Under the pieces are notes generated by a model. That model did not search any database. It worked only from the letters and a program-made list of their open reading frames with translations, and was not told where the DNA came from. From an uncultured Gammaproteobacteria bacterium (lineage in GTDB: Bacteria; Patescibacteriota; Patescibacteriia; Magasanikbacterales; GWA2-37-8), in assembly GCA_964624315.1 (NCBI GenBank), contig CAZUWJ010000001.1:21160-85159 (forward strand): a DNA stretch of 64,000 bases, in the 5' to 3' direction. This document shows positions 1 through 8,402 of the stretch, in pieces; position 1 is the first letter of the stretch, and every line of letters begins with the position of its first letter. The position numbers were made by a program, and so were the translations under genes.

Positions 1-186
1 AGTTTTGATTGTTATAGTTTCTCCATCAACCAAATCTTTAATTTTTTTAGTTTGACTATAATCTTCATAACGAAAAGGGAAGAAAAACAAAAAATCGCGG
101 ATATTTTTAATACCCAAACGTTTTAATTTATTAGGCACAGTTTTGGCCACTCCTTTTATATCTTTTATTGGAGCGCTAAGATTCAT
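1..186 (-). CDS. recG: ATP-dependent DNA helicase RecG, N-terminal part (runs off window)
   Basis: Manual translation MNLSAPIKDIKGVAKTVPNKLKRLGIKNIRDFLFFFPFRYEDYS matches the RecG N-terminal LGI..DLL..FP.RYED pattern; not in ORF track. Confidence 0.8.
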   Translation of the reverse strand, partial: MNLSAPIKDIKGVAKTVPNKLKRLGIKNIRDFLFFFPFRYEDYSQTKKIKDLVDGETITIKT

Positions 187-188
187 AA

Positions 189-374
189 TTATTTTCTATT
201 CTTACTCTTTTTAACCCAATCCTCAATCACTAATTTATCCCCGACTTTTTTGATAACCACTTTCTGATTTTCTATCCAACCCAATTCTTTGACAAACTCT
301 ATCGGCAAGGCTACGGTATAGGTATACTTGGACTTTTGCAATTTATGAACTGGATTTTTGGCTCTACTTAGCAT
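189..374 (-). CDS. AbrB/MazE/SpoVT-like small DNA-binding protein
   Basis: 61 aa, YTVALPIEFVKELGW..QKVVI swapped-hairpin pattern; paralog at 41418-41591. Confidence 0.7.
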   Translation of the reverse strand: MLSRAKNPVHKLQKSKYTYTVALPIEFVKELGWIENQKVVIKKVGDKLVIEDWVKKSKNRK

Positions 375-587
375 AAATTTAGAGTTAAAATTAAAATAGT
401 ATGGTCGATAGACTAGTCTATTATAACATAAAATAAAAAAACGCTCCAGCAGAACATTTTTTTGTTTTTAATATATCTTTTGTTTCTTCCAGCTGTATTT
501 AGCGATCATTGACCACCGCCTTCTACTATCATATTAAAAAAAACGGCCTAGTAAAATTCTAGACCGTCTATAGGTAAGAGGATATTG

Positions 588-974
588 TTAGGGAATAGAG
601 GCGATTGCCTCGATCTCGACCATAACATCTAGCGGCAGTCGTGCCACCTGAAAGGCAGCCCGAGCCGGAGGATCATTTGGAAAGTATGTGGCATAAACGG
701 CGTTCATTTCCTGGAAACCACCTAGGTCCTGCATAAGAACAGTGGTCTTGACCACCTGATCCATGGAACCACCAGCTTCCTCCAGAATGGCCTTCATATT
801 TTCTAAGGCCCGGCGAGTTTGTTCTTTAATACCACCTTCAACCACCTTGCTGGTAGCAGGATCAACGGGTAGCTGTCCTGAGATGTACACCACACCATCT
901 TTCACTATAGCTTGGCTATACGGACCAATTGCCGATGGTGCTTTATCGGTACTCACTACTTTAAGTTTGCTCAT
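588..974 (-). CDS. ridA: RidA/YjgF family enamine/imine deaminase
   Basis: APSAIGPYSQA, ISGQLP, PPARAAFQVARLP..VEIEAIA motifs. Confidence 0.93.
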   Translation of the reverse strand: MSKLKVVSTDKAPSAIGPYSQAIVKDGVVYISGQLPVDPATSKVVEGGIKEQTRRALENMKAILEEAGGSMDQVVKTTVLMQDLGGFQEMNAVYATYFPNDPPARAAFQVARLPLDVMVEIEAIASIP

Positions 975-1166
975 ACAAATCTCCTTGGTTCAAAAGCGTT
1001 TAAGTTAACTTAATAATACACTCTTTTTAGAAAAAGTCAAGGGCTAAAGAAGGAAATAAAAAATATCGCATAACTTAAAAAGGCATCTAGTTTTTTATAG
1101 CAATTGCAATATAACTTGAGGATAAAAAAATAGCGTACTAAAAAACATCGCTTTCACGATGTTTTT

Positions 1167-1261
1167 TGTGCACTTGCTCGGTCTAGAACCAAAGAAGTCT
1201 GGTCAGCCAAGGGCTTTTTCAAAGGTTTAATAAAATTTAGTAATAAGCCTATCGGTCGGGG
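1167..1261. repeat. 95-bp direct repeat, copy 1 (att-like junction)
   Basis: 88/95 identical to 4588-4682; first 60 bp identical. Confidence 0.95.
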
Positions 1262-1383
1262 ATATTTTTAAGATTTTAAGGAGTTTTTAGCAATGTCCCA
1301 AGGATAATTATTATTGCCTAAAATAAGCAATTTATAGTGTGGGACAGGATATATGTTACGAATTGTCTTTTTAAAGTTAATAG

Positions 1384-1417
1384 AAAAAAACAGGCACCTA
1401 CTAAAACAGTAGGTGCC
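1384..1417 (-). terminator. Intrinsic terminator of DGR target gene
   Basis: 10-bp stem GGCACCTACT/AGTAGGTGCC (1393-1417) followed by a U-tract on the minus strand. Confidence 0.8.
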
Positions 1418-1429
1418 CAAAAATCTCGA

Positions 1430-1442
1430 CCGCCTTCGGCGG
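1430..1442 (-). other. CCGCC-GAA-GGCGG hairpin downstream of VR (candidate DGR homing hairpin)
   Basis: 5-bp GC stem with GAA triloop on the target coding strand, about 64 nt after the stop. Confidence 0.55.
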
Positions 1443-1505
1443 AAAGTCAAAAATCAATTGAAAAAGATTCAAAAGATTCAAGATTTCCAGACCTCAAGAG
1501 TCGAT

Positions 1506-2369
1506 TTACTGCGGGAGAAAGCCAGATGCCGAACCACAGCCGTCGCGGACACCGCCGACATCGCTCGTGCCGAGCCCGACCCCGCCGTCGCCGAAGAAGA
1601 AGTAGAATGCCTCGGAAAAACGGCCACCGGCCTCTGGAGCGAATTCATCACCTGGGCAGTCAATCCAAAGGTCATCGTAATTCATCAGACGTTCGGGGTG
1701 AGTCAAAATCATGATTCCGACAGCGAAACTTCCTAGACCAAACTCACTGGCATTCATAATTTCGCGTGCCCGACGGACGGATTTACCACGATGGTTCAAT
1801 CCAAACTGAGCCGGAACAACGAGAATGTCGTGATCTTTCTGATCATCGCCGAGCTTCTGGAATGAATTGACTGACTTCTGCGACTGACGCAGGTACTGCG
1901 CGCTGAGCTGACCTTCACGGTAGTTGTATAAATTGCCGTCTCTGGTCTGTTTGATCAAGTTGAGTACCTTTTGCACGGCTTCGCCGTAGGTCGGGGCGAT
2001 CTTCTCCCATCTTGGAATGGCGAACCATCCCTCGGCATTTGACGGGATATCTCCGTTGGCAAGAATTTCATCCACTGTGCCAAGTTCCGGGAACAACTGA
2101 TGCAGAGTAGCGACCTGCTCGGCGATATCCTTACCCTTGGGTTTGTAACCCGAAAGGTACTTATAATTGGACTCGACTTCCTCGTGGGCGAACTGGTTGT
2201 TCACGGAGAGTTCACGAATGGCGGAGATGATTATCGCCTGAAACTCGTCACCTTTCTCGATGAGCTTCTGGAGTCCGTCTTTATCGAGACCGACTTCGGT
2301 TAAGGCCTTATCCGCGGAATCTTCAATGAACCTTCTGTACTGTTTCTTCTGTCCTTTGGTGATCGCCAT
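1506..2369 (-). CDS. DGR target (variable) protein, C-terminal VR, probable CLec-like fold
   Basis: Last 43 codons match the TR at 2873-3002 with adenine-only differences; strong AAGGAGG RBS; fold inferred. Confidence 0.9.
   Translation of the reverse strand: MAITKGQKKQYRRFIEDSADKALTEVGLDKDGLQKLIEKGDEFQAIIISAIRELSVNNQFAHEEVESNYKYLSGYKPKGKDIAEQVATLHQLFPELGTVDEILANGDIPSNAEGWFAIPRWEKIAPTYGEAVQKVLNLIKQTRDGNLYNYREGQLSAQYLRQSQKSVNSFQKLGDDQKDHDILVVPAQFGLNHRGKSVRRAREIMNASEFGLGSFAVGIMILTHPERLMNYDDLWIDCPGDEFAPEAGGRFSEAFYFFFGDGGVGLGTSDVGGVRDGCGSASGFLPQ
1508..1637 (-). repeat. DGR variable region (VR)
   Basis: 130 nt, 106/130 identical to TR; every mismatch is opposite a TR adenine. Confidence 0.95.
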
Positions 2370-2495
2370 AGCGTCATCCTCCTTCTAAAATTACTGGAAC
2401 CGCTCCAGTAGGCGTTGCCTCTAATGAGGCGAGTGTACTAAATATATTAATATATATCCAATATGCTCGCCTCATTTTATGCAGTAAAATTAATG

Positions 2496-2549
2496 TTTTT
2501 AAAGAACAATTTAATAGTCTAGTATATCATAAATTGGGAGTTTTGTCAA
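2496..2549 (-). promoter_or_regulatory. sigma70 promoter (TTGACA-17-TATACT, extended TG) plus boxA-like TGTTCTTTAAAAA for the DGR target
   Basis: -35 at 2549-2544, -10 at 2526-2521, box at 2508-2496. Confidence 0.7.
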
Positions 2550-2872
2550 TGTTTGATTTTTAGCGGATGTAAATATGATAATTACTGTTAATTTTATCTT
2601 TTGTATGATAACATAAATTTGAGCATAGGCTAATGTTTGGCAGTTTACGAATTGCCAACGCCGAACTCTCTCTTTAACTAAAACAGCCAGAGTCGTGGCA
2701 ATTAAGGTTGTCATGAGCGTGTTGGTTTAAGGAGATACTGCTTGCTTTTACCTAGTACGGATTTCCATTTGGAATACCATCAAATAAAATACAGGGTTGA
2801 AAATATATAATTCCACAGCCAGTGGAAAGTAAAATTTAAGACCTAGTGATAATAGATGGGTAGAAGTGATAA

Positions 2873-3002
2873 CCAGAAGCCGATGGCCGTTTTTCCAAGG
2901 CATTCTACTTCAACTTCAACGACGGCAAGGTCAAGCTCGACACGAACGATGTCGACAATGTCAACGACAACTATGGTTCAGCATCTGGCTTTATCCCGAA
3001 GT
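2873..3002 (+). ncRNA. DGR template region (TR)
   Basis: AAC/AAG/GAC-rich copy of VR in the target reading frame, between target and avd/RT. Confidence 0.95.
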
Positions 3003-3015
3003 CTCTCCTTATTAA

Positions 3016-3044
3016 AAAGAGTATCCACTAAACGGATACTCTTT
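3016..3044. other. 11-bp hairpin AAAGAGTATCC/GGATACTCTTT between TR 3' end and avd stop
   Basis: Perfect inverted repeat with 7-nt loop; terminator or TR-RNA spacer structure. Confidence 0.6.
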
Positions 3045-3390
3045 AAAATTTTACTGATTTTATCCAACCGCCCAACATTCGTCCGATTTCATCAACTATA
3101 CTTTCTAAAGCGACGTACTTTTTAATATCAATTGTTTTAGTGTCTTTCATTAGGCGTATAAAAACACGTAACATGTTTAATTTTATACTACACTTCTCAA
3201 GTGTGGGTAGTTTGTTAGCTTTTTGTTCACCACTGGCTTTAATAATGCTTTCAATTATATCTAAGATTAATTTATCTCCGCGTTCAAAAATTGTATATCT
3301 ATCTTGTTTGGACACAATCTTGCGATATCCATGGAAAAGTTTATATAAATCGTAAGATTTTTTAAAAATTGGAATATCGAAGTCGTTCAT
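3043..3390 (-). CDS. avd: DGR accessory variability determinant (Avd, four-helix bundle)
   Basis: 115 aa, IFKKSYDLY..DRYTI..EIGRMLGGW motifs; adjacent to RT and TR. Confidence 0.88.
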   Translation of the reverse strand: MNDFDIPIFKKSYDLYKLFHGYRKIVSKQDRYTIFERGDKLILDIIESIIKASGEQKANKLPTLEKCSIKLNMLRVFIRLMKDTKTIDIKKYVALESIVDEIGRMLGGWIKSVKF

Positions 3391-3413
3391 AAAATGTTTT
3401 AACTAATTTATTT

Positions 3414-4463
3414 ATGAGAATTTACCGTAATTTATTTGATAAAATTATTTCTCTAGAAAATTTAATGTTGTCTTGGGAAAAATTTCGTCGTGGAAAAACC
3501 GGAAAACCTGATGTACAAAAATTTGAGTTTAATTTAGAAGAAAATATTTTTAATCTTCATCGGGAATTGAAAAATAAGACATATATACATGGCAAATACA
3601 CTGGATTTTATATTACTGACCCAAAGACTCGACATATACATAAGGCAACTGTGAAAGACAGGGTATTACACCACGCTATTTTTAGAATTTTAAACCCTGT
3701 TTTTGAAGAGACTTTTATCTCTAACTCATTTTCTTGTAGAGTAAATAAAGGAAGTCATTTGGGAGTTGAGAAACTTGCTAGTATGATTAGGTCTGAAAGT
3801 AAAAATTATACTTCACCATGTTTTGTTTTAAAGTGCGATGTTAAAAAGTTTTTTGATTCAGTTGATCATCATATACTTTTGAAAATTATTAAAAGAAGAA
3901 CATGTAATAATAGCACGAGTTGGCTAGTGGGTCAAGTGATAAAAAGTTATTCAGCCAAGCAAACCGACCTTTTTAACCGACAGGGAATACCAATAGGTAA
4001 TTTAACTTCTCAATTGTTTGCCAATATTTATTTAAACGAGCTTGATCAGTATATTAAAAACAAATTAAAGGTAAAATATTATGCCAGATATACAGATGAT
4101 TTTGTTATAGTTTCCAAGAATAAAAAATATTTAAGAGGGCTGTTAGACCCTCTTAAAGAAATGCTATTTGAAAAATTAAAATTAGAACTTCATCCGCAAA
4201 AAGTTTCCATTGAAAATATTAATAGCGGGATAGATTTTTTAGGTTATGTTATTTTTCCACACCATACTCTGATTCGTCAAAAAACTAAACGTCGAATGTT
4301 TAAAAAACTAAAAAGAGCAGTTAAACAATACAAACAGAAAGAAATTAGTCAGGAAACTTTAGAACAAAGTTTACAATCCTACTTAGGAGTTTTATCTCAC
4401 GCCAACGCTTACAAATTAAGTCAAGATTTAAAAAATATGTATTGGTTTTGGTTGAATGAGTAA
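3414..4463 (+). CDS. DGR-type reverse transcriptase
   Basis: KDRVLHHA, KCDVKKFFDS, GIPIGNLTSQLFAN and RYTDD motifs; 349 aa with no maturase/endonuclease domain. Confidence 0.95.
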   Translation: MRIYRNLFDKIISLENLMLSWEKFRRGKTGKPDVQKFEFNLEENIFNLHRELKNKTYIHGKYTGFYITDPKTRHIHKATVKDRVLHHAIFRILNPVFEETFISNSFSCRVNKGSHLGVEKLASMIRSESKNYTSPCFVLKCDVKKFFDSVDHHILLKIIKRRTCNNSTSWLVGQVIKSYSAKQTDLFNRQGIPIGNLTSQLFANIYLNELDQYIKNKLKVKYYARYTDDFVIVSKNKKYLRGLLDPLKEMLFEKLKLELHPQKVSIENINSGIDFLGYVIFPHHTLIRQKTKRRMFKKLKRAVKQYKQKEISQETLEQSLQSYLGVLSHANAYKLSQDLKNMYWFWLNE

Positions 4464-4489
4464 AATTATTTTTTAATTCAAAGTCAATC

Positions 4490-4518
4490 AAAAAAACACC
4501 ATAAATTGGTGTTTTTTT
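4490..4518. terminator. Hairpin terminator after RT
   Basis: AAAAAAACACC-ATAAATT-GGTGTTTTTTT. Confidence 0.7.
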
Positions 4519-4587
4519 GATGTATCTCGGTCACTAGCTGTAATTACTAGAGGGTCAACCCTCGTCGCTAGAAACCGTGCACTAGAG

Positions 4588-4682
4588 TGTGCACTTGCTC
4601 GGTCTAGAACCAAAGAAGTCTGGTCAGCCAAGGGCTTTTTCAAAGGTCTTCTGAAATTTTGCAATAAGCCTCTCGGTCGGGG
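4588..4682. repeat. 95-bp direct repeat, copy 2 (att-like junction)
   Basis: Matches 1167-1261; abuts the stop of the S-subunit gene. Confidence 0.95.
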
Positions 4683-4683
4683 T

Positions 4684-5676
4684 TTAAATTTGTGAACTAA
4701 ACGGCAAAGTCTGGATAAAGTTTGTCATAAAATTCCAGTCTGGTTTACCGTTTTTAGTTGGGAGTTTTATTTTAATATCACCAGTTCTTTTGCTGGCAAC
4801 TCTACCATAATTAAAACGATATTTTTCTTTATTTATTATTGTTGCAATAAAAAGTAATATTGCCGTATTTACATTATCAAATTTTGCAATTAATGCTTTC
4901 GTTCGTGTTCCTAAATAATAATTTTGTGGTTGAGTGGTAGCAAAGAAATTACCCCTATCTGCAAGAGTTAAAGAATTTTCATGATTATATAATTTATAGT
5001 TGGGTAATTCACTTGTGTGGGCGACAACTCCGTTGTTGATAGCACTGTGTCCAATAACTGGATTTTTACCAATTAAACTCGAATAATATAACAAATCTTT
5101 TCCAGTTTCTATGTTAAATAAATCACTTAATTTGTAAATTTTCCATTTATTTATATTTAATTGTGGTGTTGCTAAGTTTTTATTTGGTTTTTTAGCATAT
5201 TGATAATTGTGCGTGTGTTCGCCAATAAACTTTTCCATAAAATTCCAGTCTGGTTTACCATTTTTAATTGGGAGTTTTATAGAACATGATTTTAAACGTT
5301 CTTGACTGGCTTTTCGTCCGTAATTATAGCGGTATTGTTCTCGATTTATAATTGTCAATAAAAACATCGCAATATTTTTTGTCATTTCAAACTTTGGAAT
5401 TAGCTTTTCTACATGGTCGCTGGCAGAAAAATCAGTATCTTGATAAGAACAATAGCCAAGCACAGCACTGTCAATGATCAAAACACCGCCTTTTTCAGTG
5501 GAGAAATTATAAAAACCTTCAACGCCGTTATTTGTGGCTTGAGTGGTTACAAATGGATTTTTTCCGATTCCGTATTCTTGTAATTCTAGAATAGGTGTTG
5601 TTTTACTTCCTTTAATTTTAAACAAATCGGAAAGATTAAAACTTTGCCAGTTTGTTGTATTAATTTTATTTATCAT
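4684..5676 (-). CDS. Restriction-modification specificity subunit (two TRDs, BcgI beta-like)
   Basis: Two internal repeats W..F.LSDLF.I ... RYNYGR/RFNYGR ... KLP.KNGKPDWNFM. Confidence 0.85.
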   Translation of the reverse strand: MINKINTTNWQSFNLSDLFKIKGSKTTPILELQEYGIGKNPFVTTQATNNGVEGFYNFSTEKGGVLIIDSAVLGYCSYQDTDFSASDHVEKLIPKFEMTKNIAMFLLTIINREQYRYNYGRKASQERLKSCSIKLPIKNGKPDWNFMEKFIGEHTHNYQYAKKPNKNLATPQLNINKWKIYKLSDLFNIETGKDLLYYSSLIGKNPVIGHSAINNGVVAHTSELPNYKLYNHENSLTLADRGNFFATTQPQNYYLGTRTKALIAKFDNVNTAILLFIATIINKEKYRFNYGRVASKRTGDIKIKLPTKNGKPDWNFMTNFIQTLPFSSQI

Positions 5677-7540
5677 CTTTTATTCCTAATTTGAATAATG
5701 TGAATTGTTTTATTGTATTAGCAAAATCATCAACAGATAAATCAGAATAATTAGTTTCCATATATGCTTCAGCGCACCATTCATTATCAGCGGTAATTTT
5801 TTTAAGGATAGACAAACCAGCAATATCTTTGTGGTTTCGATAATTTGTAATCCAATTATATTTTATACCATCTTTATAATTGTTTTCTGTAGCACCTTCA
5901 AACTTACCAAATAAGTCAATCCTACCTTTGTTTTTTCGTTTAACAAAACCATCGTCTTTGTAATAGCCAAGATAAACTTCTTTATCGGATGGATGTGGAC
6001 GTTTGGCGGTGAAAACCATTATACAAGACACCACCCCGACTTTAGAATTAAAGAATAATTCATCAGGCATTGAAAAAACCGCTTCCAATGTATGGTATTT
6101 TAAAATTTTTTTCTTGTAGTCGTATACTTTACCACTAGTGGCTAATGCTTCTTGCATTGGGACAATTGCTGCGCATAAACCGCCTTGTGATAAACAATCG
6201 AGATTGTTTAAAATAAATTCATATTCATCAATATCTGTCTTTTTATCATTTTTATATGGGGGGTTTAGTAATCCAACATTTGGCTTTTTTTCTTTAACGG
6301 ATTTAATAATATCTTTATCAAAACAACTACCGTGATTAATGTTGGTTTTACCATCTTGGTGAATGAACATGTTTGAGCAAGCGAGAGGAAATATTTTATC
6401 AGACTGTTCTGTGCCAATCAGTTGTTTTGATTTAATTGATTTTATTTTTTCTTCATCACCTTGGGCATTTTTAATCATAATATTCATTGCAGAAACTAAG
6501 AAGCCACCAGTTCCTGTACAATTATCATACACAACACTATCTTTGTTTACTTGAACTAATTCTGCCATGAATTCGGTTATGTGTGGAGGAGTTAGAACAA
6601 TACCTAAGCCTTTGTCGGAATTGGCATAACGTAAAAATTCAATATAAAGCTGTCCTAGAGCATCAAAATATTCATGGGTTTTAATAAAATCTTGAATATT
6701 TTCTTTTATATCAGTGATAATATCTCGTAAATCAGTATTATTTTTATTAGTTAAAGCTGTATTGCCAACAATTAATTTGAAGCGGTTTTCCAAAATTTTT
6801 AATTTAGTCTCACCAATTTTACCAGTTTCAAACATGTTATGGGTTGTTAAAATCAGAAAATCGGCAAGTTGCTTGGCATCAGAGTAGTTAATATAAGTTG
6901 TTGCAAAGCTATTGTTTTCAAGAGCGATTAAAATACAAGCAATCAGTAAGGCTCTTTCGTCTTCAGCAATTTTTAGTTGATGAAGTTTTTTGTTAAGTTT
7001 TTGTGAGAAAGCAAGTAATGATTGATAATCTTGACGGAACTTCTCTGGACTTTTGATATATCCATTTAAATAATCATTGAGCGGTAAAAGTTTGTCATCA
7101 AAAATTGGTGTGGCAATTTGTTCACCTTTAAGTTGTAAAAAATGAGAAATTTTTAATTCATTTGGTCTTTCACCGCTTATAGCAATAGCAAGAACATCAA
7201 AACTTTTAGATAGAAATGAACTATAAAGTTTGATACCGTCTATTGCATAGTCAGCATATTTATCAGATGTTTTGCTTTTGTGTTTGGAGGTGTTTCCTTT
7301 GCACTCTACGGCAATAATAAAATTAGGGTTGTTGCGATTTTGAATAATAAAATCTGGACGACCTTTACCAGAGCCGTCTTTTTTAGATGCGTTAGATAAC
7401 ATTTTGTTGATTTTGTCATTTCTGGAAGTTTGACGTTCATAAATCCAGTCATGTTTATTTGTATCAAGAGCCACCGCGTCAGCATACTTTTTTACAAAAT
7501 CTTCAAAAATTGTTTCTGTATTTGTTTCGTTTACTGTCAT
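5666..7540 (-). CDS. Fused endonuclease/N6-adenine methyltransferase (type IIB BcgI alpha-like)
   Basis: N-terminal GRPDF..IAVECKG (PD-ExK), motif I YDNCTGTGGFL, motif IV NPPY; overlaps S gene. Confidence 0.85.
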   Translation of the reverse strand: MTVNETNTETIFEDFVKKYADAVALDTNKHDWIYERQTSRNDKINKMLSNASKKDGSGKGRPDFIIQNRNNPNFIIAVECKGNTSKHKSKTSDKYADYAIDGIKLYSSFLSKSFDVLAIAISGERPNELKISHFLQLKGEQIATPIFDDKLLPLNDYLNGYIKSPEKFRQDYQSLLAFSQKLNKKLHQLKIAEDERALLIACILIALENNSFATTYINYSDAKQLADFLILTTHNMFETGKIGETKLKILENRFKLIVGNTALTNKNNTDLRDIITDIKENIQDFIKTHEYFDALGQLYIEFLRYANSDKGLGIVLTPPHITEFMAELVQVNKDSVVYDNCTGTGGFLVSAMNIMIKNAQGDEEKIKSIKSKQLIGTEQSDKIFPLACSNMFIHQDGKTNINHGSCFDKDIIKSVKEKKPNVGLLNPPYKNDKKTDIDEYEFILNNLDCLSQGGLCAAIVPMQEALATSGKVYDYKKKILKYHTLEAVFSMPDELFFNSKVGVVSCIMVFTAKRPHPSDKEVYLGYYKDDGFVKRKNKGRIDLFGKFEGATENNYKDGIKYNWITNYRNHKDIAGLSILKKITADNEWCAEAYMETNYSDLSVDDFANTIKQFTLFKLGIKDDK

Positions 7541-7649
7541 ATGATTACATTATACCATAATTATTTAAAATTGAGTAATAATTAATAGTTAACAAAAAAC
7601 ATCGTTTTTCACGATGTCTCTCGGTTGCATATGAGGTCTCACTAGCGTG

Positions 7650-7721
7650 TGCACCCACTAGGAATCGAACCTAGATCGTCGGCTCCGCAAGCCAATGTTC
7701 TATCCATTAAACTATGGATGC
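7650..7721 (-). tRNA. tRNA-Arg(GCG)
   Basis: Cloverleaf GCATCCA/TGGGTGC, anticodon arm TTGGC-TTGCGGA-GCCGA, T loop GGTTCGATTCC; no CCA. Confidence 0.9.
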
Positions 7722-7788
7722 TTATGTATTTAAAACGGAGTTTATAATAACATAAACTCCGTAAGATATCAAGTCTTTAACATTTTAC

Positions 7789-8292
7789 TTATAAATTAAA
7801 CATTCTAGACAAACGATCAGACAACGGCTCTTCTTCTTCATCTAAATTTTCTTCTAAAAACTGCTCCAAATAATCTCGCACGGGTCTAGGATCATTATCT
7901 AACAAAGGAATACTTATCCTGTTTTTTAAAACACTTTTAGTAATTAAATACAAATTTTTGACATAGGGAGGATCATAAATTATCCAATACTGATCTAATT
8001 CTGAAAAACGATAGAATTTTTTACCTACCAAAACCCCGGTCTCAGTAACTGCTATATCTAACTCTAATGGCTCTTGAATTTCATGCATAAATAAAACTAT
8101 TCCAAACAACACAATAATTAGAGAAAATAAATAATTGTCAGTAAAAATACTATAAACTAGAAGTAACACCGTAATAACCCCCATAATCATATACCACCGT
8201 CTATCGCGAGGAGTTTTTTCATATTCTCTAATTTTCCAGCCAAACATGACATCTCCCAAATTAACATCTCTTTTTGTAATATCTTGAGGCAT
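7789..8292 (-). CDS. Conserved hypothetical membrane protein (2 TM plus PH-like domain)
   Basis: 167 aa, hydrophobic hairpin followed by a soluble domain. Confidence 0.7.
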   Translation of the reverse strand: MPQDITKRDVNLGDVMFGWKIREYEKTPRDRRWYMIMGVITVLLLVYSIFTDNYLFSLIIVLFGIVLFMHEIQEPLELDIAVTETGVLVGKKFYRFSELDQYWIIYDPPYVKNLYLITKSVLKNRISIPLLDNDPRPVRDYLEQFLEENLDEEEEPLSDRLSRMFNL

Positions 8293-8402
8293 ATATTTAG
8301 ATTATTTATAATTTAGAGTTAAAACTAGCAAAAAACCATACCTTAATTATACAAAATTTATGACAAAAAATCAAATCAACTGGGTTTGATATTATAGGAC
8401 TT

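Noticed and set aside
1268-1450. 60-aa minus-strand ORF ending beside repeat copy 1
   Set aside because: Runs through the target terminator; at most a gene 3' remnant that cannot be identified
1337-1736. + strand ORFs of 125 and 107 aa over the VR
   Set aside because: Antisense shadows of the GC-rich target 3' end
2511-2714. 67-aa minus-strand ORF
   Set aside because: Overlaps the target promoter, no recognisable motif or RBS
2856-3125. 89-aa ORF through the TR
   Set aside because: Off-frame read of the TR that overlaps avd; the TR is best treated as non-coding template
3414-4463. RT as group II intron, retron or CRISPR-associated RT
   Set aside because: No maturase/endonuclease domain, intron structure, msr/msd or cas genes; TR/VR and Avd identify a DGR
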